Positions 18,568 through 26,873 of a DNA stretch of 32,000 nucleotides are shown here, piece by piece. This DNA comes from Trichlorobacter lovleyi SZ. Lineage in GTDB: Bacteria > Desulfobacterota > Desulfuromonadia > Geobacterales > Pseudopelobacteraceae. Numbering within the stretch: the stretch's first letter is position 1; each line of letters begins with the position of its first letter. A program made the translations under genes and the position numbers. Below the pieces are notes generated by a model. That model did no database searches. It was not told where the DNA came from and worked only from the letters and a program-made list of their open reading frames with translations. The stretch covers positions 1,050,001 to 1,082,000 of the forward strand of contig NC_010814.1 of NCBI RefSeq assembly GCF_000020385.1, in the 5' to 3' direction.

Positions 18568-19491
18568 ATGGAAAAAATCAATATCGGTGGTCAGGCCATA
18601 CTTGAAGGGGTGATGATGCGTGCCCCCCGCGCCATGGCCATTGCGGTCAGGCGCCCCAACGGCGAGATCGTGGTCAAGCGGGAGCAGATGCCGCCCCTGT
18701 CAGAACGCTACCCGGTTGTGAAGCTGCCGATCCTGCGCGGTGCCGTGGCCCTGTTTACCTCGCTGATCCTGGGGATCAAGGCCCTTAATTTCTCCGCCAA
18801 TGAGGCGCTTGAAGAAGAGGTTGACGAGAACGGCGAGAGCAAAAAAGAAGAACTGACCTCCTGGGCCCTGGCCGGTACCATGGCGGTGGCCTTTGGTTTC
18901 GGTATCGCCCTGTTTTTCTTTTTGCCGCTTTATCTGACCAAACTGCTGGTACCGATTATCGGTGACCATAATGTGATCTTTAACCTGGTGGATGGCGTGA
19001 TCCGGGTGATTATTTTTCTGATCTACATCTGGTCGATTGCCCGGATGAATGATATCCAGCGTGTCTTTCAGTACCATGGCGCCGAGCATAAAACCATCTT
19101 TGCCTTTGAGGCAGGTGCTGAACTGACGGTCGAGCGGGTGAAAACCTTCAGCCGTCTGCATCCCCGTTGCGGCACCAGCTTTCTGCTGATCGTGATGCTG
19201 GTCAGCATCGGCGTGTTTTCCCTGATTCCCAAGACATGGCTCTTTGAGTATAAGGCCTTGTCGCGGGTGGTACTGTTGCCGCTGATTGCCGGCATCTCCT
19301 ACGAATTCCTGAAATGGAGCGCCAAGAACGATCAGCACCCGCTGGTGAAGCTGGTAATCACACCCGGTCTGGCGTTGCAGCGTCTGACCACCCGTGAGCC
19401 GGATGATGATCAGATCGAAGTGGCGATCCGTTCGGTGAAAGAGGCCCTGGATGAAAACGGCGGTTATGCCGATGACAGATTAGTAGTGTGA
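18568..19491 (+). CDS. DUF1385-family membrane protein, a conserved neighbour of prfA/prmC
   Basis: 307 aa. The ATG directly abuts the thyX TAA. It has several TM helices and the conserved motif YHGAEHKTI. Its position between rpmE and prfA is typical of this family. Confidence 0.85.
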   Translation: MEKINIGGQAILEGVMMRAPRAMAIAVRRPNGEIVVKREQMPPLSERYPVVKLPILRGAVALFTSLILGIKALNFSANEALEEEVDENGESKKEELTSWALAGTMAVAFGFGIALFFFLPLYLTKLLVPIIGDHNVIFNLVDGVIRVIIFLIYIWSIARMNDIQRVFQYHGAEHKTIFAFEAGAELTVERVKTFSRLHPRCGTSFLLIVMLVSIGVFSLIPKTWLFEYKALSRVVLLPLIAGISYEFLKWSAKNDQHPLVKLVITPGLALQRLTTREPDDDQIEVAIRSVKEALDENGGYADDRLVV

Positions 19492-19503
19492 GGAATAGTA
19501 ACC

Positions 19504-20571
19504 ATGTTTGACAAGATCCAGGATTTAGAGATCCGTTTTCAGGAGCTGGAGTCATTGCTATCCGATCCGACGGTGATTGCCAACCAGCCGGAGTTCCGCA
19601 AGCTTTCCCGTGAACATGCCGATCTGGCACCGCTGATCGAGGCGTTCCGCCGCTACAAGAAGGTGCTGGATGAACTGGAAGAGAATCAGGAGCTGCTGGC
19701 TGATCCCGAGATGAAGGAGATGGCGGAAGAGGAGATCAGCCGCCTCAGTCAGGAAAAAGAGCGCCTTGATGCCGAGATCAAGATCCTGCTGCTGCCCAAG
19801 GATCCCAATGATTCCCGGGACGTCATTCTGGAAATCCGGGCCGGAACCGGTGGCGATGAGTCAGCCCTCTTCAGTGGTGACCTTTTCCGGATGTACTCCC
19901 GCTTTGCCGAGAAAAACCGCTGGAAGGTGGAGATGCTCTCCTGCTCCGAGTCGGAGCGGGGAGGCTACAAAGAGGTGATCGCCTCCATTGAGGGGCAGGA
20001 TGTCTATGCCAAGCTCAAGTACGAATCCGGCACCCACCGGGTCCAGCGGGTGCCTGAGACCGAGGCCCAGGGGCGGATTCATACCTCTGCCTGCACCGTG
20101 GCGATCATGGCCGAGGCCGAGGATGTGGATATCGACATCAACCCGGCTGACCTCAAGATCGACGTCTACCGTTCTTCCGGTGCCGGTGGCCAGCATGTCA
20201 ACACCACAGACTCGGCTGTACGGATTACCCATATTCCCACCGGTACGGTGGTGGCCTGCCAGGAGGAACGTAGCCAGATCAAGAACCGGGCCAAGGCGAT
20301 GAAGGTTCTGAAGACCCGCATTCTTGACACTATTCAGCAGGAACAGAATGCCAAGCTGGCAGCCGATCGTAAGCAACAGGTGGGCAGCGGTGACCGCTCC
20401 GAGCGGATCCGGACCTACAACTTTCCCCAGGGCCGGATGACCGACCACCGGATCGGCCTGACTCTTTATCGGCTGGATTCAATCATGGCAGGCGACATTG
20501 AAGAAATCACCGATGCCCTGCGCGCACACTACCAGATGGAAGCGCTCAAGGCCCAAAGTGAAGGCGCCTGA
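19504..20571 (+). CDS. prfA: Peptide chain release factor 1
   Basis: It has the GGQ motif [23 protein letters not shown] and a PxT-type RF1 domain. Confidence 0.97.
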   Translation: MFDKIQDLEIRFQELESLLSDPTVIANQPEFRKLSREHADLAPLIEAFRRYKKVLDELEENQELLADPEMKEMAEEEISRLSQEKERLDAEIKILLLPKDPNDSRDVILEIRAGTGGDESALFSGDLFRMYSRFAEKNRWKVEMLSCSESERGGYKEVIASIEGQDVYAKLKYESGTHRVQRVPETEAQGRIHTSACTVAIMAEAEDVDIDINPADLKIDVYRSSGAGGQHVNTTDSAVRITHIPTGTVVACQEERSQIKNRAKAMKVLKTRILDTIQQEQNAKLAADRKQQVGSGDRSERIRTYNFPQGRMTDHRIGLTLYRLDSIMAGDIEEITDALRAHYQMEALKAQSEGA

Positions 20572-20574
20572 TGA

Positions 20575-20655
20575 CGCTTCCGGCTCACGGTGCTGGCGGC
20601 GTTGGCTTGTCGTCGGACTCTTCACCGCCTTGCTGTCATCCGTGATCTGAAACCG
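20575..20655. repeat. Family-1 repeat, truncated copy
   Basis: GCGTTGGCT ... CACCGCCTTGCTGTCATCCGTGATCTGAA matches the right half of copy 2 (CCGCCTTGCTATCATCCCTGATCTGAA). It lacks the GTAC-containing centre. Confidence 0.45.
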
Positions 20656-20671
20656 TCAGGTTTACTCCTCT

Positions 20672-21532
20672 ATGTCTATTGAATCAGAGATATGGACTAC
20701 CCTTAAGGTCCTGACCTGGACCACCGGCTACCTGACCGAGAAGGGGGTGGAGAATGCCCGCCGTGAGGCTGAATGGCTGCTGTGTGAGGCCACCGGCCTG
20801 GACCGGATGGGGCTGTACCTGAATTTTGACAAGCCGCTGCAGGATGATGAACTTGCGGCGTACCGCAGCATGGTGGCCCGCCGTGGTAAACGTGAGCCGC
20901 TGCAGCATATTCTGGGTAGCCAGGAGTTTGATGGTCTTGAGTTTATTGTTACCAGAGATGTCCTGATTCCCCGCTTTGACACAGAAACCTTGTTGGAAGA
21001 GGCGGTCCGCCAGGCTCCCACAGCCCGCACGGTGCTGGATATCGGCACCGGTTCCGGCTGTATTGCCATTTCACTGTTTCACCGTTTGCCGCAGGCAGCA
21101 ATAACTGCCGTAGACCTCTCTCCCGATGCCTTGTCCATTGCCCGCCGCAATGCCGAGCGGAATAACGCCCAGATAGAGTTCTTGCTGGGCTCGTTTTTCC
21201 AACCGGTCAGCGAGCGTCGCTTTGATCTGATAGTCTCAAATCCCCCCTACATTACCAGTGCCGATCTGGCCGATCTTCAACCAGAGGTGCGTGATTTTGA
21301 ACCCCGGCTTGCACTGGATGGCGGCACTGATGGCCTGGATGCCTATCGGGTGCTGGCAGCAGAGGCTCCCCGCTATCTGGAGCCAAACGGCTGGCTGCTG
21401 CTGGAGATCGGGGCCGGTCAGGATAAAGATGTGGCCACGCTGCTTGCGGACGCAGGATTTGATGCTATCGTATCCGTACCGGACAATGCCGGTATCATCA
21501 GGGTGGTGGGGGGACAGTGGCATGCAGTATGA
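20672..21532 (+). CDS. prmC: Release factor glutamine N5-methyltransferase
   Basis: It has the SAM-binding motif VLDIGTGSGCIAI and the catalytic motif SNPPYI. Confidence 0.93.
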   Translation: MSIESEIWTTLKVLTWTTGYLTEKGVENARREAEWLLCEATGLDRMGLYLNFDKPLQDDELAAYRSMVARRGKREPLQHILGSQEFDGLEFIVTRDVLIPRFDTETLLEEAVRQAPTARTVLDIGTGSGCIAISLFHRLPQAAITAVDLSPDALSIARRNAERNNAQIEFLLGSFFQPVSERRFDLIVSNPPYITSADLADLQPEVRDFEPRLALDGGTDGLDAYRVLAAEAPRYLEPNGWLLLEIGAGQDKDVATLLADAGFDAIVSVPDNAGIIRVVGGQWHAV

Positions 21533-22073
21533 TCAGGCCTTAAAGGTGCTTGAGGAGGCAGATTGCCTGGCAGACCGGGCAACGGTCGAGGCGGCCATTG
21601 ACCGGATGGCCGGTGTAATTACGGCCAGCATCGGCAAAAAGAAACCGATGATCTTTTGCGTCATGAACGGCGGCCTGATCTTCTGCGGACAGTTGCTGAC
21701 CAGACTCCCGTTTCCGCTTGAGGTCGGCTATCTGCACGCCACCCGCTACGGCCATGAAACCAGCGGCGGCGATCTGGAATGGAAGGCGTTGTTTCAGGCC
21801 GATGTTGAAGGGCGTACCGTTTTGCTGGTGGATGACATCCTTGATGAGGGGGTTACGCTCAAGGCACTGGTTGATGAGTGTCTTACGCGTGGTGCCAAAA
21901 AGGTGCTGACCGCCGTGTTGGTGAACAAACAGCATGAACGTAAAGTCGTGCCTGGCTATTGTGCTGACTTCACCGGTCTGGAACTGCCGGACCGCTTTGT
22001 GTTTGGCTATGGTCTGGATTACGAAGATATGTGGCGGAATGCGCCGGGTATTTACGCTGTAAAGGGGTTGTAG
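21522..22073 (+). CDS. hpt: Hypoxanthine/guanine phosphoribosyltransferase-family protein
   Basis: I chose the internal ATG at 21522, which overlaps the prmC end by 11 nt. The PRPP-binding motif is VLLVDDILDEGVT. Confidence 0.85.
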   Translation: MQYDQALKVLEEADCLADRATVEAAIDRMAGVITASIGKKKPMIFCVMNGGLIFCGQLLTRLPFPLEVGYLHATRYGHETSGGDLEWKALFQADVEGRTVLLVDDILDEGVTLKALVDECLTRGAKKVLTAVLVNKQHERKVVPGYCADFTGLELPDRFVFGYGLDYEDMWRNAPGIYAVKGL

Positions 22074-22193
22074 GAACGCGCTATTCCCGCAATCTCTGCG
22101 TTGTGCTTCACTCGTGCCTGCTCAACGTACTACCAACGTACGCCTCTGCGGCACTTGTTCGCACGCCTTGACCTTGCGAAACTATCGCGTTCC
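22073..22193. repeat. Family-1-like imperfect palindrome, divergent copy
   Basis: The arms are GGAACGCGCTAT and ATCGCGTTCC. The centre is CAACGTACTACCAACGTACGCC, and TGCGTTG and CGCCTTG blocks are shared with the other copies. Confidence 0.5.
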
Positions 22194-22208
22194 TCGCTAA
22201 GGGGTGCT

Positions 22209-23510
22209 ATGAAAAACTTCTTTGAATTCAGTCGGTATAACACTTCCTACCGCCAGGAGAGCCTGGCCGGTCTCACCACCTTTCTGACCATGGCCTACAT
22301 CATGGTGGTCAATCCTTCCATCCTGGCGGCAGCCGGAATACCCAAGGATGCCCAGGTCACAGCCACCATTCTGGCCGCAGTGATCGGGTGCCTGGTAATG
22401 GCCTTCTGGGCCAGGCGGCCCTTTGCCATTGCCCCCTACATGGGGGAAAACGCCTTTATCGCCTTTGTGGTGGTCAAGGGGATGGGCTATTCCTGGCAGA
22501 TTGCGCTGGGGGCGGTCTTCTGGGCCGGACTGGCCTTTATCCTGCTGACCGTCCTGAAGGTGCGGTCGTGGCTGGCTGAATCGATTCCGATCTCGTTGAA
22601 GGCAGCCTTTGCAGTGGGGATCGGACTGTTCCTGGCCTTTATCGGTCTGAATGAAACCGGCCTGGTGGTACTGGGGGTGCCGGGGGCGCCGGTCAGGCTG
22701 GGCAACATTGCCCAGAGTTCGGTCCTGTTGGCTGCGGCAGGCTTTCTGCTGTGCGTGGTGCTGATGGCGAGGAAGGTAAACGGGGCGCTGCTGTACGGCA
22801 TTGTCGCCACAACCCTCGGTTCCGTGGCGCTGGGGCTTACGAAGCTGCCGGCATCGCTGGTCAGTCTGCCCCCCTCACTGGAACCGGTTTTTCTGAAGCT
22901 TGATATTGCCGGCACCCTGCAACCCGGCATCTTTCCGGTGGTGCTGGTGGTCTTTATGATGGCCTTCCTGGATACCATCGGCACCCTGATCGGTCTTTCC
23001 ATGCGGGCTGACCTGCTGGATAAGGACGGTAACCTGCCGGAGATCGAACGTCCGATGCTGGCAGATGCCGTTGCCACCACCCTTGCCCCGCTGCTGGGAA
23101 CCACCACCACCGGCGCTTACATTGAATCAGCAACCGGTATTGCAGCAGGTGGACGTACCGGTTTTACCGCCCTGGTGGTGGCGGTACTGTTTGCCCTGTC
23201 GCTCTTTTTTGCACCGCTTTTTACCATGGTGCCGGGCTATGCCGCCGGTATTGCCCTGGTGGTGATCGGTGCCCTGATGCTCCAGGCCGTCACCCGGCTT
23301 GATTTTGACGATTTTACCGAACTGATTCCGGCCTTCCTGACCGTTGCGTTGATGATCTTTACCTACAATATCGGGATCGGCATGACGGTCGGCCTGTTTT
23401 CCTATCCCCTGATCAAGCTCTGCACCGGCCGGGCCCGGGAGGTCTCCGGCGGGATGTGGGTGCTGGCTGCACTCTCCCTTGTATTTTTTATAGTTATGCC
23501 TAAAGGCTAA
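22209..23510 (+). CDS. NCS2/AzgA-family purine (adenine/guanine/hypoxanthine) permease
   Basis: I chose the ATG at 22209. The sequence begins MKNFFEFSRYNTSYRQESLAGLTTFLTMAYIMVVNPSILAAAG and is highly hydrophobic throughout. Confidence 0.88.
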   Translation: MKNFFEFSRYNTSYRQESLAGLTTFLTMAYIMVVNPSILAAAGIPKDAQVTATILAAVIGCLVMAFWARRPFAIAPYMGENAFIAFVVVKGMGYSWQIALGAVFWAGLAFILLTVLKVRSWLAESIPISLKAAFAVGIGLFLAFIGLNETGLVVLGVPGAPVRLGNIAQSSVLLAAAGFLLCVVLMARKVNGALLYGIVATTLGSVALGLTKLPASLVSLPPSLEPVFLKLDIAGTLQPGIFPVVLVVFMMAFLDTIGTLIGLSMRADLLDKDGNLPEIERPMLADAVATTLAPLLGTTTTGAYIESATGIAAGGRTGFTALVVAVLFALSLFFAPLFTMVPGYAAGIALVVIGALMLQAVTRLDFDDFTELIPAFLTVALMIFTYNIGIGMTVGLFSYPLIKLCTGRAREVSGGMWVLAALSLVFFIVMPKG

Positions 23511-24763
23511 TCCTGTTTCATCGGTTTACGTCTGGTGATCAGCCGCACCTGGCGTTCATGGAACCAGTAGTACCAGACCCAGTTCAGCAAGACGACAATC
23601 CGGTTACGGAAGCCGATCAGGTAATACAGGTGCAGCAGCAGCCAGGCCAGCCAGGCCGGATAGCCTCTGAGCTGCAGCCCAAAGACGTTTGCCACGGCGG
23701 CGTTACGCCCAATGGTTGCCATACTGCCTTTGTCATGGTAGCGAAAGGGGGGCAGAACGCTGCCCTGCTCCTTGGCAAGGATCGCCTTTGCTGCATAGAC
23801 CCCCATCTGCATCGCAACCTGGGCGATCATCGGCAGTGCCTTGCCATCCTGCTGCAACCAGGCTATGTCGCCAATCACAAAGACGTCCGGGTGATCAGCC
23901 AGGGTCAGGTCCGGTTCCACTATGATCCTGCCTCCTGCTGCGCGGGGAACCTCAAGTCTGGCGGCCAGCGGCGCTGCCTTGACACCCGCCGACCAGACCA
24001 GGGTGTGGGCCGGAATCACCGCACCGTCATGGAGGCTGACTTTCTCCGCATCCACATCAACCACCTGGGCATTCAGCAATACCTCAACCGACATACTGCG
24101 CAGCTTCTGCAGGGTATACATCCCCAGCTCCTGGGGCATGGCCGCCAGCAGCCGGTCCGTGGCCTCCACCAGGACTACTCTGGCCGTATGGATACCCAGT
24201 TCCGGGTAGTCCTTGGCCAGCACAAAGTTCACCAGCTCAATCAGTGCCCCGGCAAATTCAACCCCGGTCGGGCCGCCACCGACCACCACAAAGGTCATCA
24301 GTGCCCGCTTGCGGGCCGGATCAGGCTCGATGACAGCCCGCTCAAAGGCGCTCAGGATATGGTTGCGCAGTACTTCGGCATCTTCCAGCTCCTTCAGGTC
24401 AAAGGCGTGCTGCTCAACGGCTGTCAGCCCGAAAAAATTGGTGGCGCTTCCGGCGCCGATGATCAGGTAGTCGTAGGGAAGCAGGCCGCTGGTGACCTGG
24501 ATCTCTTTGCGGGAGAAATCAATTCCGGTGACTTCAGTCAGATGGAAGCGTACATCCGGCCAGGAACGGGCCATGGCGCGTACCGAATAGGCAATCGATT
24601 CCTGCTCCAGGCCTGCCGTGGCCACTTGATACAGCAACGGCTGAAACAGATGATAATTGTTGCGGTCCACCAACAGAATATCATGCCCCTTGCCGGCCAG
24701 TGCCTGGGCGGCGTGGACGCCGCCAAATCCCATTCCGACGATCACAATCCGTTTTTTTTGCAT
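23507..24763 (-). CDS. ndh: Type II NADH dehydrogenase (NDH-2)
   Basis: There are two Rossmann motifs, IVIVGMGFGGV and VVVGGGPTGVE. The C-terminal membrane-anchoring segment is hydrophobic. Confidence 0.92.
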   Translation of the reverse strand: MQKKRIVIVGMGFGGVHAAQALAGKGHDILLVDRNNYHLFQPLLYQVATAGLEQESIAYSVRAMARSWPDVRFHLTEVTGIDFSRKEIQVTSGLLPYDYLIIGAGSATNFFGLTAVEQHAFDLKELEDAEVLRNHILSAFERAVIEPDPARKRALMTFVVVGGGPTGVEFAGALIELVNFVLAKDYPELGIHTARVVLVEATDRLLAAMPQELGMYTLQKLRSMSVEVLLNAQVVDVDAEKVSLHDGAVIPAHTLVWSAGVKAAPLAARLEVPRAAGGRIIVEPDLTLADHPDVFVIGDIAWLQQDGKALPMIAQVAMQMGVYAAKAILAKEQGSVLPPFRYHDKGSMATIGRNAAVANVFGLQLRGYPAWLAWLLLHLYYLIGFRNRIVVLLNWVWYYWFHERQVRLITRRKPMKQD

Positions 24764-24766
24764 GGG

Positions 24767-25243
24767 TCACACGCCCCTGTCAGAGTCTGTTTGATCGTTT
24801 GTCAGTATATCGTTGCGCTGTGCTGCCTCGCAGGCAGCCAGCCGCTGTTTCAGCTCTTTTTCTTTTTGCCAGCGTTCGGTTACATCGCGCATGATCGAGG
24901 CGCAGCCCAGCATGACGTTTTTCTCATCATGCAACAACACCATGCTGAATTCCAGCGATACCTGACTGCCATCCCTGCGGACGGCCGGAGATGTCAGCAG
25001 GCCGGTTTTGTACTTGGTCTCTCCACTGGCCATCACACGGTAGTACCCTTCCCAGTGTCGTTCCCGCAGTTTTTCCGGTATGAAGAGGTCTAATGAACGG
25101 CCGATCGCCTCTGCGGCGCTGTAGCCGAGCAGCCGTTCCGCCCCTGCGTTCCAGAAAAGGATTGTCCCTTCTCTGTCAGCGATCAGGATCGCATCCTGAG
25201 CCTGTTCCACGGTCTGCACAAGCAGGCTTGCAATTGCTGTCAT
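24767..25243 (-). CDS. Stand-alone PAS-domain protein (FixL-like layout)
   Basis: 158 aa. DAILIADREGTILFWNAGAERLLGYSAAEAIGRSLDLFIPEKLRERHWEGYYRVM...RRDGSQV aligns by eye with heme-PAS domains of the FixL type. Its stop lies 3 nt before the ndh ATG. Confidence 0.8.
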   Translation of the reverse strand: MTAIASLLVQTVEQAQDAILIADREGTILFWNAGAERLLGYSAAEAIGRSLDLFIPEKLRERHWEGYYRVMASGETKYKTGLLTSPAVRRDGSQVSLEFSMVLLHDEKNVMLGCASIMRDVTERWQKEKELKQRLAACEAAQRNDILTNDQTDSDRGV

Positions 25244-25335
25244 GGTGGTCTGCCTTTCTTTCCGGCTGCATTATGAAAGGGATGTTTATCTGTACCGCAG
25301 TAAATATACCATAGCATCATCTCTTCGGCTCTGTC

Positions 25336-25349
25336 TTGACCAACATCAA
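25336..25349. promoter_or_regulatory. FNR/CRP-family-like box 1
   Basis: TTGACcaacATCAA matches TTGAT-N4-ATCAA at 9 of 10 positions. Confidence 0.45.
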
Positions 25350-25379
25350 AAACAGGGGTAATGCGCTTTTTGTGTTTTC

Positions 25380-25393
25380 TTGATGTCAGTCAA
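25380..25393. promoter_or_regulatory. FNR/CRP-family-like box 2
   Basis: TTGATgtcaGTCAA matches the consensus at 9 of 10 positions. TACAGT at 25416-25421 lies where a -10 would be if the box were centred at -41.5. Confidence 0.45.
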
Positions 25394-25448
25394 TGAGATC
25401 TTTACCCGGCCGCGTTACAGTCAGATCACATTCTGAAGGAGGTACCGT

Positions 25449-26684
25449 ATGCAGACGCAACTGTTACATAAAGATATGACCATTAAGGAACTGCTGGAAC
25501 AACATCCGGAGACACTGGAGGTGCTGGTTGCCAATGGATTTGAAAACCTGAAAGACCCCAAGGTGCTGGCCGGTGTTGGCGGCTTTCTGAAGCTGGAGCG
25601 GGCCGCCCTGACCAAGAACTATGATCTGGACAATTTTCTGGGGCTCCTGCAACAGAAGGTTGATGAAAAGCATAACCAGGTGGATGTCACCATGAAGCAG
25701 ACCCAGCAGGAGCAGAGCGAGATTACCATCTCCGGCCTGTTGCCCTGTCCGGTACGGCTGCCGCTGCTGGAAGGCTTTGACCGCTTTATTGAGCAGTACA
25801 CCAGGGACAGCGGTACCACGGTCAGCTACAAGTTTGAGGCAGCCTCGCTCGGCTCGGCCTGGATGGATGAGCATATCCAGACGGTTACTGCCCCTGACCA
25901 GCTGCCGGATATCTTTGTGTCGGCCGGATTTGAGACCTTCTTTGATCCGGCTACCATCGGCAGGTTCAAGGATCAGGGGCTGTTTGCCGACCTTACCGGT
26001 GACGCAGTAAACCGCAGCTTTGAAGGACTTGAACTGAAAGATCCTAAAGGCCACTATGGTCTGATTTCCGTAGTGCCGTCTGCCTTCATGGTTAACCATG
26101 ACGAGCTGGGTGACCTGCCGGTGCCCCGTACCTGGGCAGATATCCTCAAGCCGGAGTTTGAGCAGAAAGTGGCCCTGCCGGTGGGTGATTTTGACCTGTT
26201 CAACGCGATCCTGCTTACCATTCATAAGATGTATGGCGATGAGGGAGTCAAGAAACTGGGACGTTGCATGCTGAAATCGATGCACCCGGCCCAGATGATC
26301 AAAAATGCCCAGCGGGTGGCAGAAGAAAAACCTCCGGTGACGATCATTCCCTACTTTTTCAGCCGGATGGCCGGCATGGTCAAAAGTCTGGAGATTGTCT
26401 GGCCTGAGGATGGCGCCATCATAAGCCCGATCTTTATGCTGGCCAAGGCTGGCAAGCAGGACAAGCTGCAGCCGATTGCAGACTTCCTGTGCAGTAAAGA
26501 GGTGGGAGAGATCCTGACCAACCGTGGGTTGTTCCCGGCCTTGAATCCGGCCGTGGAGAACCAGTTGCCGGAGCAACACCCCTGGCAGTGGGTTGGATGG
26601 GATTACCTCTACAGCCATGATATAGCCGCCCAGATTCGGTATACCGTGGGGCTGTTTGAAGAAGCGATGAACGCAGATGAATGA
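25449..26684 (+). CDS. Cytoplasmic DUF1858-like domain fused to a periplasmic-binding-protein (SBP) fold; no signal peptide
   Basis: 411 aa with RBS GAAGGAGG. The N-terminus DMTIKELLEQHPETLEVLVANGF...DLDNFLGLL resembles DUF1858/ScdA_N but has no CxxC. The remaining roughly 320 aa resemble type II solute-binding proteins (LLPCPVRLPLLE...). The antisense 436-aa ORF is rejected. Confidence 0.8.
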   Translation: MQTQLLHKDMTIKELLEQHPETLEVLVANGFENLKDPKVLAGVGGFLKLERAALTKNYDLDNFLGLLQQKVDEKHNQVDVTMKQTQQEQSEITISGLLPCPVRLPLLEGFDRFIEQYTRDSGTTVSYKFEAASLGSAWMDEHIQTVTAPDQLPDIFVSAGFETFFDPATIGRFKDQGLFADLTGDAVNRSFEGLELKDPKGHYGLISVVPSAFMVNHDELGDLPVPRTWADILKPEFEQKVALPVGDFDLFNAILLTIHKMYGDEGVKKLGRCMLKSMHPAQMIKNAQRVAEEKPPVTIIPYFFSRMAGMVKSLEIVWPEDGAIISPIFMLAKAGKQDKLQPIADFLCSKEVGEILTNRGLFPALNPAVENQLPEQHPWQWVGWDYLYSHDIAAQIRYTVGLFEEAMNADE

Positions 26685-26696
26685 TGAAAGGCCATG

Positions 26697-26839
26697 ATGA
26701 TAGCACGCGGATAACGCGGATTGAGCAGATCTGCACGGATTTAAAGCAAAAAAACAGGATGTAGATAGTGTCAAGGGACAAGCCGGAATCTGTTTTAATC
26801 AGCGTACATCCGCCATAATCAGCGTTATCCGCGTTCCAT
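26697..26839. repeat. GCGGAT-type imperfect palindromic element
   Basis: The left arm is ATGATAGCACGCGGATAACGCGGATTGAGCAGATCTGCACGGATTTAAAG. The right arm CTGTTTTAATCAGCGTACATCCGCCATAATCAGCGTTATCCGCGTTCCAT is its imperfect reverse complement. The loop is about 30 nt. Confidence 0.65.
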
Positions 26840-26873
26840 TGCTTTTGATTTTTGTTTGTATAAGGAGAGAACC

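Noticed and set aside
21258-21521. N-terminal extension of the hpt ORF (track 21258..22073) inside prmC.
   Set aside because: The extension overlaps the well-supported prmC frame and is Trp/Cys/Met-rich nonsense. The ATG at 21522 gives a typical 183-aa phosphoribosyltransferase.
22101-22208. N-terminal extension of the permease ORF across the intergenic palindrome.
   Set aside because: The extension is encoded by the repeat element. The ATG at 22209 yields the conserved MKNFFEF... N-terminus of AzgA-type permeases.
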